Source: Chrysomallon squamiferum (Eukaryota > Animalia > Mollusca). Taken from it: a stretch of DNA of 64,000 nt. The stretch spans positions 17,422,001 through 17,486,000 of the forward strand of contig CM022673.1 in assembly GCA_012295275.1 (NCBI GenBank). Reading direction: 5' to 3'. Positions within the stretch are counted from its first letter, which is position 1; each line of letters begins with the position of its first letter. Positions 1-12,376 of the stretch are shown here, piece by piece. A model generated the notes under the pieces. The model saw only the letters and a list, made by a program, of their open reading frames with translations. It did no database searches and was not told where the DNA came from. The translations under genes and the position numbers were made by a program.

Positions 1-753
1 ACATATATAATACACACACACACATGAATATATATATGTATATTTATAAAATATGAATTCAGTGAGGAAAGGTTCAGTGAGATCAAGATGAAGTCTTCAC
101 TTGGTCGAAGAGCTAGTTTGTCTGTTTCGGATCTGTTGCCTGTTTGTTATAACAAAAACTGTCAATTTCTGAACTAAAGAAAAAGGATCTCATTTGTTTG
201 TGTTAAGGAGTTATTCCATCAGTATTATAATAACATTATATCGTAAGAGACTGCCTTCCAATACCCAATGTCACAGAAAATGAAAATGATTCCGAATAAA
301 AGGTTTAATTTGATGATTTGCTCTAAACGTGTATTTACTGTAATCATGAAAAGATGTGTCAGTACAATTTTTATATGAATCTTAAACATCAGACTGGAAC
401 CTGAAGGTGAACATTAAAAGGTTTAATGTGTAAATAATACTTTTATTGCATCATATTAACGTTTTCCAAATTTGTGTTTCAGGTTTGTATACCTGACTAT
501 TTGTTCTAACTAGTTCTATACTTTACTGTCTTTAAATATATTTTAAGATTATTTGGATTATAATTACATTCGGCATATGTTATGGGTTGTTAATAATATG
601 CAAAATAGTAAATTAGTCATAAAATAACAATATAATTCACATATTACATTGTTTTCCAGTAAATTCTAATGACCCCTATGCCATGATGGTCTTGATTGTT
701 TGGTAAATATATCAAAACCAAAAGACGTGTGTGCACTTACGATTTTCTGTTCC

Positions 754-759
<6 letters not shown>

Positions 760-799
<40 letters not shown>

Positions 800-811
800 C
801 GCGCGTGTGTG
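760..811. repeat. (TG)n/(CG)n microsatellite
   Basis: Direct reading. Confidence 0.95.
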
Positions 812-1041
812 TCTCAATTCACTTTATGCCAAATGGATTTTCCTGCACTTTTATCTTTTTAAGTCATTTTCATATGCCAAAATGTCATAAGTGATTCTGG
901 GGGTGGGGTGAGCTAATGACTGGAACTACTGTCATGAAAATAGACGAGTTGTAAAACAGGCTATGAACATGTGAAACTTCAACAGCCTGTGTCAATATTT
1001 ATGAAAATGCCAGAGAACTGAAATTTTGTTTGGCAAAAATG

Positions 1042-1077
<36 letters not shown>

Positions 1078-1103
1078 AACAACAAAAAATAATAACAATA
1101 AAA

Positions 1104-1138
<35 letters not shown>

Positions 1139-3818
1139 AACGCACAGAATGAATAAAAGTTTTAATGCTTATTTTTGAAATTTATTAAGTATTTTCCACT
1201 CAGTGAAAAGTCACTGGATTACGTATCTATGCTCTGTAAAGTATAACTTTCAAAGTTGTCCAATAAATTAATTAACGCCATAATAAAAGTGCCAACAATT
1301 TAATAACATATTTTGTCTATCTTATGTATCTATTACATTTTTTACAAATATATATTTTTAACCTCTTTTATCTTATTTATTTTTTCTTCTCTTTCTTGAC
1401 ATAAAATACCATAGAAGTTCGATGTTTAGACCATACCCAATATGGCGGCGAAGGAAGACTGACCCGGCCAATTTCGTCCACTAATCAATTCCGTAGTGGC
1501 CGGTGAGACTACGACTGGACTTAGATCCGCTGCAGTCATACGTAAATTATTAACACTTACACGGTAACGGCTCCACACGTACTAGCTTCTGTCTGTCTGT
1601 GAACAGTAAAATCGACTTTATTACATTAGCATGGCTTCACTCGATGCTTTTCAGTGCGCCTCTGTCTCCCCCGTGTCTGTACAATTCCATTACTTACGAG
1701 TGATAGCCCCGAATGTGTCACGCGACGTAGGATTCACAACTGCGAGGCAAATCAAAGTAAATAGATTCTGAAATGAATAATGAAAAACAAGAGAAACAGA
1801 ATGAGACAGAAAAAGAGAGAGAGAGAGCGAGTCACGGTCAGTGAGAAACAGAAAAGAGACATTTTCGAAAAGCGATCGGCATTCATATCCACAGAATACG
1901 CCTTTTATTCAAGATGAACGCGAGTTTGTGTTTTAAAAGCAAACATTACTCTTCATGCTGTCACATATCAATATTACCGTTATCTCGCCTGTACGATTTA
2001 GGCGACTCGTCACCCGAAATGAAGCGATAGGATTGTGAAGACGTATTATTGAATTATATACTTACTATATGCCCGGAGTCGACTCGGGGAATTAAGGTAT
2101 ATTCAGTTAACGCTAATGATGATAATTAAGATGAATGGTTCGGTGAAGGAAAGAGACGTCTTTCGTGTTGGGAGGGGGGAGAATAATGGAAACAAGGCTT
2201 ATCGATTTTGACGAGCTCTTGCAAGAACCTCCTACCAGTCTTTTAGAAAACAGCATGGCGGCTACAAAAAAAATTTGGAATCCATTAAACACGAAACGGT
2301 TTAAATTAGCAGGAATAATTGTGTTGGGAAAATTTATGTTTCGCTTTGAAAAGAAACCATATGATACTTTTTCTGATGGCATTAGACTGAGAAATGCTGT
2401 AATATGAAACACAGAAAGACTTGATGGGCTTAATGGTAGAATGATGTGAAATGTAATTATTACGTCACAGTTAATAAATCTGCTGTGATTGGTCTACCTT
2501 GGAGATCTTTTTTTCTTTCCTTCTTCCTTCCTTTCTCTTGGTCTTTTTCTTCTTCTTTTCTTTTTTTTTTGGTTCTTCTTTTTTTTATCTCTGACAACCG
2601 GAGCTTTTGAGAAATAAATATAAATGTAATTACAAAATAAAGTGGAAATATTGTAATACGTGGCCTTCTTTGAAGTGCTGAGAAACCTTGATGTTTTAGA
2701 AAACAACACCAAAGAAACAGATAACGGTATATACATATTTCAAAACTCGACTTAAATGCTTCTGTCGTAACAAATAATCTAAATACATTAGCATATTTTC
2801 CTTTTTCTTTATTTTCTTTTTCTTTTTAATATATCTATTTTTTCTTTTATAAACGATTTTTGGTAAAGCTATTTAATTTTCAATACTGTTACTGTTACAA
2901 TATCCACTGTTTCTGCAACTACTACAACGACGACTATTACTACAAACAGCATCGTCGCCAGTATAACCTCTACTGATATTAAAACTACTGCGGCTTCTTC
3001 TTGAATAATTGTTATTATTATTGTCATTAATACTTCGACCACACTAATAACAGTACTACCACTACAACTACTACAAAAAATACTATTGTTACTTCTACTA
3101 CAACTATAACTTGTACTAATACGACAGGTACTACTGCTGCTATTACAGCTAGTGTTACTACTACTACTACTACTACTACTAATACTAACATCATCAGATC
3201 TTGCTAACATTTCGACAGTGATAATTTTTCGAAGTACATACTTTCATATTTGCTATAAAATTTATTAAAATTTACAATATACCTTCTAGAATTAAATATT
3301 TTAAAACTGTATCAACATAAAACACGGCCTAAATATTAACCACAAACTGTCTGCAACATTTTCATTTGTTTGACCTTTCACCTAGACCTTTCACCTCAAA
3401 TCACGTGACGGCTTAACGTCGGACTTTTATTAGTAATGAAATTAACCAGTTGTCATATACCAGCCGAGTTTCGTACACGAAATGTGTGTACTACGTCATA
3501 CACCTTTACACTGGGTGATCCAGGGATTTAGGTGGAGTAATTCATTCGGAGGTCACGCTACAAGCCGGAAGGGTCAAATACCGTCACATGTGACATAAAA
3601 CCATTGTGCGGTGTCCGGGGAATGTCCCCCACTGACAGAATGTGTCAGTTCCGCCCCTCGTCAATGTCAGCGTGTTGAGTTAACACTGGACGTGTTTCTG
3701 TCGCCGTGAAAATAAACCTGCTGACCAGTACGATCTGTCATTAATCTGTGGATGTCATACTATACGCTGAATTGATGACATATTCTACAGTATGAGCATG
3801 TAGGTGAGATAGCTGTAT

Positions 3819-3822
<4 letters not shown>

Positions 3823-3895
<73 letters not shown>
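3823..3895. repeat. (AG)n microsatellite
   Basis: Direct reading. Confidence 0.97.
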
Positions 3896-3896
<1 letters not shown>

Positions 3897-3987
3897 GTAA
3901 ATGGCAAGAAGAAATAACATTCCAATTTAGTTAAATATTAAAATATTTCAGAGAAAATCTGTCATTCCTTTTCATAATAATAATAAT

Positions 3988-4030
<43 letters not shown>

Positions 4031-4302
4031 GTTTTAATAAAATTAGACGACTAATTAGAAATCTACGTATATTTCTTAACTGGGAATGCACAGTATCGTA
4101 CCAGCAGCAGTATCTATTTCTACATATATACATAAATACATACGTATGTCCATATGAATTTAATTTCAACTATCATCAGACTTGAGCATATTCAAAATAG
4201 GAATGATAGGCATTAGTTTATTTATAGATTCATTCTGAGGAGATGTTTTCAAAATGAAATAAACTGTAGACAATATCCGAAACTCTACATATTAATTCAA
4301 TT

Positions 4303-4307
4303 AAAAA
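4303..4307 (-). terminator. RNA polymerase III terminator (T5) of the tRNA-Ala gene
   Basis: AAAAA on the + strand gives TTTTT on the - strand, starting 7 nt after the tRNA discriminator base. Confidence 0.7.
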
Positions 4308-4313
4308 TATATT

Positions 4314-4385
4314 TGGAGATGCCGGGTATCGAACCCGGGGCCTTTCACATGCAAAGCGAACGCTCTACCACTGAGCTACATCCCC
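4314..4385 (-). tRNA. tRNA-Ala (anticodon UGC), intronless, 72 nt
   Basis: The minus strand reads GGGGATGTAGCTCAGTGGTAGAGCGTTCGCTTTGCATGTGAAAGGCCCCGGGTTCGATACCCGGCATCTCCA. All four stems pair, the G3:U70 alanine identity pair is present, the anticodon loop is TT-TGC-AT, and the A and B boxes are intact. Confidence 0.96.
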
Positions 4386-4503
4386 TTGTATTATAAGATG
4401 TAATACATTTAATTGATAGTACAAAATGGTAGAAAATTTAATATTCAAACCAAAAGTGAAATGATGAAAATATCACAACGTATTATTGTAGAATATAGTA
4501 TTA

Positions 4504-4538
<35 letters not shown>

Positions 4539-5325
4539 AGAATAAAAAAGAACAAAACATCAACAGCAGTGTTTACAACAATAATTGATTATAATATGCA
4601 GTATATTTGTTTTCGTCCTTTTCATTTTTCTGTCTAAACATAATTACGTCTACAACAAATATTATTAACATCATAACGAGACTGTTTAACCTCGGGTCAT
4701 CTTCAAAGAGATAGTCTGATAATACAAACCATTTATCTATTAGAAGAGCTTTTATCTTATCGAGACTATAGAGTGGCTCAAGTTCTGAGTGGTCAGTAAT
4801 CATAAGAGGCCTTATATGGATAAACATAATAAAGGTAAAATTGATAAATAAATTAATATAATTTATAATTAAGTAAATAAACAGTAATATAAACACCAAA
4901 AACAACCAACCAACCAACCAACCAAACAAACAAACAAACAAATAAATAAATAAATAAATAAATAAGATAAACCACAGATAAAAAAAAAAAAAAAAAAAAA
5001 AAATTCTTTCCTTTTATATCTGTCTCCATTATATTAAATTAATCTGTAGGAAAACGTCGTAAAAGTACTGTAAAAACATCACTTAAATATTCCTAAATCA
5101 CTTTTTGTTATTTTATTTTCATTATATATTTGTATGCATTATGTATGTATGTATGTATGTATGTATGTAGAGAGTGGTGATGTGCTAATCTAAGATTATA
5201 TCAGTTTGTTACATTATTTAGAGAAAAAAGGGGATATAATCATTTAACAAATCAAAGTAAGCGCATCTAATGGGAAGCGATACCAGTGCATTTCTGTCCG
5301 ACTTGAAAATATTACAGCTCACTGC

Positions 5326-5360
<35 letters not shown>

Positions 5361-8239
5361 AAAAGTTTCTGTATACCCATAAAGGTCCTCTTAAGTATTT
5401 TATAAACGAAATACTTCAAGAGAAAAATATTGAAAAAGCAGTTTGATAAGAGGGAAATTTATCCCGTGTTATCTGTGAGCAGTGAATGTCGCCTTTGTTC
5501 CGTTGTAATTATGACGTCTATCCATCTTCAACGTGTTAACAGAAATAAAAATTATTTTTTTTAAAAATGACGGCTGATTTCACCTCCCCCATATATCTTT
5601 CTTTTTGTTTATTCACATATTTTAATGTTCTTATTCTTCTTTCCAGCAGTTGATTTGTGTCTCCAGATGAAATATTCTCATCAGAAATAGTTATCAGCTG
5701 TTTATGGCTCCGGATGATGTGTTACCGTTGATAACTGTTTATCGTGATGTAATCACTGCTGTAAAAAACCAGGTCTTTTTGTTACATGCAGTCGCAGATA
5801 AATTGCAAACATCACAAATTCATGAAACCAAATATTTATTTATTTCAAACACAGAGATAGCAAGATGGATTACGGCATTTCATGCGCCAATTACATGACT
5901 TTTATTTCGTTCCTCGGTGTTAACCCCACCAATATTCGTCCAGCTTGGAATGGCACGTAGTATAAACCTGTACTTGCATGATGGTACAGCGGACTGTAGG
6001 AAGCTGTGAGATTGTGTTATCTGAACACAAACACATAAATAAACATCCTCTGTGATATAGTCGTCAAGCTGGAAGTCTTCAGGTGCCTGGATCGAACTTT
6101 GTTACCAGCATGGTTAATAATAAAAATGGTTTCATGGATACTGTACAGAAGTGGTGACCAAGGTTCACATACTTCACTGTACTGAAGTAAAACCACTAAC
6201 ACGACTGTTTCACATACACACTATAAACTGTCTTGTAGATAAAATTAAAGAGAAAAAATAGGACGTATTTACCGTTTAACTTAGAGACAGAAATTAAGTT
6301 TATATAAGAATTATGTTTATATTTTGTTTAGTCTTGTATGTAATATAGCAATAATAACAACAAAAACAACTATTAAAATAATAACAAAAAAAAAAAAAAA
6401 AAAAAAACATCAATAACGACAGAAACTATATGAATCCTAACAACAACAAGCCAAAAGGATATCAGACATGCACACACTGACAGACTGCTGAATGCAAATA
6501 CAAAAACAGACATATGGACACAGAGAAATAAATAAATAAATAAATGAAACGGGTTGACCTACTTTAAATGATCAAGTGTTTGTTTAAAATGTATCGTAAC
6601 AGATGAGGACCAGGAAGATGATGTCAGAACACATCTGTCACACTCACAAACACAAGTGTCACACACGGTATACCGAGCATTTCTAAACGGGAAATCGAAA
6701 CACTGGCAATACACACTGAAACTTAAATTAACAAGGCGATAAGGCAAGCAGATTAACTCGAAATATATATCGTGTATTATCTTGCTATGACATGTTAAAA
6801 CAGCTGACAAAAATCTAGTAAATTCTCAAGAATGATTAAAAAGACAATGCGTGTATAATGTAGTCTTATCAGTTTATCGAAAATGTTATAATAAAACGTA
6901 CTATTCATGTACATAGAAAACATAATTGCTGTTATTATTAAAATATGTATTTTCTTCTAATGGATTCTATAATAGAAAATACATTAAGAGCGTTAAAAAT
7001 TATAAATAAAAAGTATAACGTTAACAATGATGATGAATAAAAAAATAAAATATAAAGTTATGTTGAGAATCGTGATAATAACAACAATAATAATAACATT
7101 TACATTATTTTTATTGTTGTTGTTAATGTTATTTTACTATTGTTGTTGTTATTTGTGTTGTAATTATTGTTGTTATTATTGTAGTTGTTTGTGATGAACA
7201 ACATTCACAAATAACTTTCGTTACCTTAACTGAACTATCTTCCGTCAGAGATTTATGTAAATACTTATGTATGAAAAAATAAAAAAATAATAATAAATAA
7301 AACATAAAACATAAAAAATAACAAAAACTTTTTATTGCAAATGCTGGTTGAGTTATTTAAAAAATGTCTAATATTTGAAAGGAAACATTAAAAGATAGAA
7401 AGTTATCTGCGTCTATTTCTAGAAGTTGTCAACACCGTATCGCTTTCACGTGCTATCGCACATGCACGACATTTTCAATTACTGTTTAAGATTTAAAACA
7501 AAAAATGAATTGCAGGTGCTTCATTTTAAAAAAGAGGAAGAAGAAGAAGAAGAAGAAGAAGATACTTTTAACTAAGAAATAAAACAGGTTCACTGATTCC
7601 GCTTATGACGGTTTGTGAAAAATTCTAAAACTATAAAAGATACATCAAGAAAAAAAACGAAAAATAAAAAAGAATTACGAAAAAAGAGAAAATCACTAGA
7701 CACACAAAGAAGGACCTATAGATGTGTTACTAACATACTGCCAAATACAGTCTATTCAAATTACCTTCAGTGGATCCGAAACTGATGTATATATTAATTA
7801 TTTAGATTTTTTATATTCTCAAATTGTTATGATATTTAATGTTTGTTTTTTAAACTGAGTGTATCTAAAGCAGTAAGTGTGCTGTGTATGTAAACTATAC
7901 ATACATATTTTATGTTTCTCTATATATCTGTTAATTTTTTCACATTCACGATAAGCTAAAACTGTTTTTCTGGATAAACAAATTATATATAAATCGTTAT
8001 CAGGTGTAATCTGTTATAAACGTCCTAATGTTCTCTAAACCAGTCTAATATCGCTGTGATATCGTCTTTACTTTATAGACATTTTTAATGATAAATATAT
8101 GACTGAATCTACGCGACCAGTTTCAATCAAACGTACCTGAAGTAATTATGCGAGGCTGCCATTTCACTAGTTAATTCCCCTCCCAGCCATTTGGTTTTGC
8201 TTAACAAAGTACAGTTTTATTTCAGAGTTTAATATTACA

Positions 8240-8322
8240 CATATACACATACATATACACACGCATAGAAATATATATATTCATACAAACATATGCACAA
8301 ACATACATACAAACGTACGTAC

Positions 8323-8361
<39 letters not shown>

Positions 8362-8477
8362 TATGTAAATATATGTGTGTGTGTCTGTGTGTGTGTGTGT
8401 GTGTGTGTATATACTTTTGGGCCACCCTGTATATATATACACACACACACACATATTTGTATATATATATATGTGTA

Positions 8478-8519
<42 letters not shown>

Positions 8520-8520
8520 A
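8240..8520. repeat. Compound (TA)/(CA)/(TG) microsatellite with fold-back arrangement
   Basis: Two successive (CA)n-spacer-(TG)n blocks. Confidence 0.9.
8412..8429. mobile_element. Orphan right-end TIR fragment of the same MITE family
   Basis: TACTTTTGGGCCACCCTG followed by TA. It matches the 8783-8800 end except for the last base and lies inside a (TG)/(TA) microsatellite. Confidence 0.75.
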
Positions 8521-8553
8521 TCTGTTTATATATATATAATGTATTTACAGATA

Positions 8554-8800
8554 CAGTGTGGCCCAAAGTAGGTTTACAGTTATTAAACTATCGTTTATAT
8601 GCTTGAAGTTACTAGTTAAGTACAATTAACAAAAAATATTCCTCTGATCTAACTTGTAATAAATTAATTAATAAATGTTGATGGAGGACATTTTGAGCAA
8701 CTGAGAGATTAAACAGTTTCTGATTAATGCTTGAAACATTCTTATATTATAAAATAAATTGCCTATGTAATAACGGTAAACCTACTTTTGGGCCACCCTT
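8554..8800 (+). mobile_element. Non-autonomous Tc1/mariner-type element (MITE, 247 bp)
   Basis: About 32-bp imperfect TIRs: left CAGTGTGGCCCAAAGTAGGTTTACAGTTATTA (8554-8585); right 8768-8800, reverse complement AAGGGTGGCCCAAAAGTAGGTTTACCGTTATTA. TA flanks both ends. Internal 8671-8712 encodes INVDGGHFEQLRD*, resembling a transposase C-terminus. Confidence 0.85.
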
Positions 8801-9319
8801 TATATACACACACACACATACACACACATATATACACACATTCATACATATGCATACATATATATGCCAACTTACACGCGTATGTAGATGCACAAGTACG
8901 TACATACAGACAGACACGTCCATACAGATGTACCTAATTTAAATATGCTTACCACAGTTAACATATTCTCCAGAATATGATATATATATATACAGACACA
9001 GACACACACAGACACACACATATATATTTTTGTATGTTTGAATTGACAGAATGATATCATTCTGAAGGATATTTTAAGTATGGTATGCATATTTACTCAT
9101 TCATCTATGAAGTGTGAATGCATATATATATATATATATACATGTGTATATATGTAATATTAAACTCTGATATAATACTGTACTTTGTTAAACAAAACCA
9201 AGTGGCTGAGTGATGCTATATATTAATATACATGTATGTAACAGTATTGCATGAATTGCATGAATAGTGCTTTTTAAGGGGTTTTTTTAAGCAACAATAA
9301 AAAAAAAAAAAAAAATAAG

Positions 9320-9381
9320 GTGCCATTTTTTCCAAATCTGCACAGTGCCATTTTTTCTGGTGCCATTTTTTTCCTACAACC
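9320..9381. mobile_element. Probable orphan end of a DNA transposon with subterminal tandem repeats (Mutator/foldback-like)
   Basis: Three copies of GTGCCATTTTTT(T)C at 9320, 9345 and 9360, ending in TCCTACAACC. No partner end was seen. The family assignment is an inference from the architecture. Confidence 0.4.
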
Positions 9382-10139
9382 CTTACAGAAATGCCTAAAC
9401 TCCACTGTAACCGATTTCACGTTTCGCGTGATAGGGTCACATACTGACGTCACTGAACATCAAATAATATCATCAGGAAATGAATTATCTTTATTACTAA
9501 TATTTGCTTTTCACAGCATCAGTTGCGTTAATCTCCGCAGTGGAAAAAAATAAAAAATAAAAATAAAATAAAAAATAAAATAAAATAAATAAATAAGTAA
9601 ATAAAAAGTAAAAGTAAAAAAGTAAAAATAAATAAATAAATCGGCAAAAATAATTAAAAAACAAAACCTGAAAACGAAGTGTAGTAATTCCCAATGTTAA
9701 TATTTGGAATACACGGCTTGATTTTTTTTTCTTTAACATAACAATAATAGTGAAATAAATAAATAAATAAATAAACGAAAACCATTATAATCAAAATACA
9801 ATACTTCAAATATATGTTAAGCAGAGTACTCTTTTCAGTGGATGGAAAATATGAAATAAAATAAAATAAAATAAAATAAAATAAAATAATAATAATATAA
9901 ACCCCAAGAAATATATAAAGCAAACCAAAATGTATGAATAGTAATTTTAATATTTTAAGCGAAAAGAAACATTATAATAATCGAAGCAAACTGAAAAACG
10001 TTATCGCCAATTTAATATAAATATCTAAAAAAAAAAAAAAAATCAAGAAAGAAGAAAAGGAAAAAAATAAAAAAAAAAAATAAAATAAAATAAAAAAAAA
10101 AAAGAAGAAAGAAGGGGAAAATGAGTAGAAAAAAAAAAA

Positions 10140-10360
10140 TGTTCAAGCGACCTGGAACAAACACTAGAGCTATTAATATATTTAGCATTTGATGACGAAA
10201 CAGCGGTCTCTTGTTAAAACATGTTTGTGTTTGCTGGCAAATGTTTCGAAATGCAACTGCGTTTAAAGACCCTCCGTTTGTCAACATGCGCACAGCCTTG
10301 TCTGCCCTGCCTGCAAGCTCCTCTTAGTCTGTTTGAATCGCATCTTGCTTACACGTTTCA
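10140..10360 (-). repeat. Diverged inverted repeat, copy A (partner at about 12184-12376)
   Basis: The reverse complement of 10204-10292 aligns to 12230-12319 with about 15 differences in about 90 nt (manual alignment). Weaker similarity extends on both sides. Confidence 0.8.
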
Positions 10361-10446
10361 TTCTAGACGAGGCCAAAGAAAACAAAGTTTTGTCTCCTGA
10401 ACTTAAACCCGTTTTAAGTATGTTTGAAAGGGGAGAAAGGGGGCTG

Positions 10447-10450
<4 letters not shown>

Positions 10451-10531
<81 letters not shown>

Positions 10532-10535
10532 GAGA
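10451..10535. repeat. (AG)n microsatellite
   Basis: Direct reading. Confidence 0.97.
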
Positions 10536-11155
10536 ATGGAGAAAAATGCAGAGAATATATGAAAAGAATGAAAAATAGGATAAAATGAGATAGAGAGAGT
10601 GAGATAGAAAGACAGAGATCGACATGGCGAGAGAATAGAGAAAAAACCTGAGAAAAATATGAAAGAGACAATGAAATGAAATGGTGACAGTAAAGGAATT
10701 TCTTTTTATTGTAAATCATTTATTTCTTACAGATCCTGTAACACGATGAGCATACTTTAACTTTCAGTCTGTTATAGTCTGATTTATAAAAATATACGGT
10801 TCAAATTCCAACAAGGCCAGTCCATGACAGTTTTGCCTGCACCTTTGCTGCTAGCAGACACGAAAATAAGGCAAAAAATAAACAAAGCGTCAGAAAAATT
10901 AGTGAGTAAATATCACTGTTATTATAGTAATTATTAACAGCTATAATGAAATGACAGTTTGTATATATAAATTTGCATAGTTTGCGGTTCGTTTCGGTAT
11001 GCTGTCAGTCACAGTTCCGAGAATTTTAAATACTGATGTTAATTTTTCGAAAGGTCATGACTTGTATTTGTTGATAACATTTAAGTGATTTAATTAAATA
11101 ATGACAATGATTTGGCGTCTTGTAACCCTTGTTTAATACTACTTTGTCTAGACTA

Positions 11156-11267
<112 letters not shown>

Positions 11268-12183
11268 GCAAGCAAGGGCACGTACACATACAAACACAAA
11301 CACACATATATACATATAAGGCGCAGGATAATATAACATGTAAAATATTAATTATAATATAAGAGAAACAAAGCATTTATTTTATTTCGACGGTTAAAAA
11401 TAAAACTTACTTTTTTAAAGTAATGATGATGATATGAGAGAGGAAACCAGTCGGAGCACTGCAGAGACCGCTGAGCAACTGGATACATTTTAAATACATA
11501 TTTCTTCTACAAAAATCTTAAACTACTGTTGATGATGTACTCGATCGACTTGAAATATAAAAAGTTAAAAAAAAAAAATAAAAAATAGAGAAAGACTGTG
11601 ACCGATATTTTTTTTTAAAGAAGAACTTCTACAACACGATTATGATGAAGACTGTAACTGACAAAATCATTGATAGTGCCGATAATAATGATAAATGATG
11701 GTGATAACATGACAGTAACTGCTACAACAACGACATTTGTGATGAAAGGGTTATTGATGTTTTACGATGAAACGATAATATATTTGATAAAACTGTTGGT
11801 AACAATTGTGCAAGATGTAGACGATGGCAAAGATGACGAATGGTGTCATAACCGATGTTGATGCAGTTCATATTTGAAAGCTATTGTTGGGGATGATGAT
11901 GATGGTGTTTATATAATTTTTAAAAACATTTTTTGGCAGGAACATTGTTGATTATGCATTATATAAAATATTGCTGAAGCGATTTGTATAACACCTGCCA
12001 TGATGATTAAGATGAAGACGAGAAAGTTGACTGTTATCATAAGAACGACTACAAAGACGACGTAGACGGTAACTACGCATCATCTTTGACCATGACATTC
12101 TAAGGCTGCAGATGGCGGTGCCAAAATGTTTTACTTCAATCCACAATACTGCAGCCAAAGTACGAGGAAAAAAAAAAAAAAAC

Positions 12184-12376
12184 AGCAAGTTAGTTGCGAT
12201 TGTGTCTGCATGTAGGGTAAACATTACACTGCTCATGTTGACACACGGAGGGTCTCTAAGCGTTTTTGAATTTAGAAAACATTTGCCAGCAAACATGAAC
12301 ATGTTTTCACAAGAGGCCAATGTTTCCTGAAGTTTAGCATATCAATAGTCAGTGTTTGCACGGGTCCCCGATATTT
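12184..12376 (+). repeat. Diverged inverted repeat, copy B
   Basis: Shares CATGTTGACA-ACGGAGGGTCT, CATTTGCCAGCAAACA and AACATGTTTT-ACAAGAG blocks with copy A in the opposite orientation. Confidence 0.8.

Noticed and set aside
52-177. Short open frame YEFSEERFSEIKMKSSLGRRASLSVSDLLPVCYNKNCQFLN*
   Set aside because: No recognisable homology and no convincing splice acceptor, so it cannot be supported as an exon.
5620-5900. Strong-looking splice acceptor (ttcttattcttctttccag, 5646) and ORF 5704-5898
   Set aside because: All three frames stop within about 45 nt of the acceptor, and the downstream ORF has no recognisable similarity or donor.
11436-11485. GAGAGGAAACC motif reminiscent of a mollusc SINE segment
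   Set aside because: The match is too short and rests on memory only; no flanking SINE structure.
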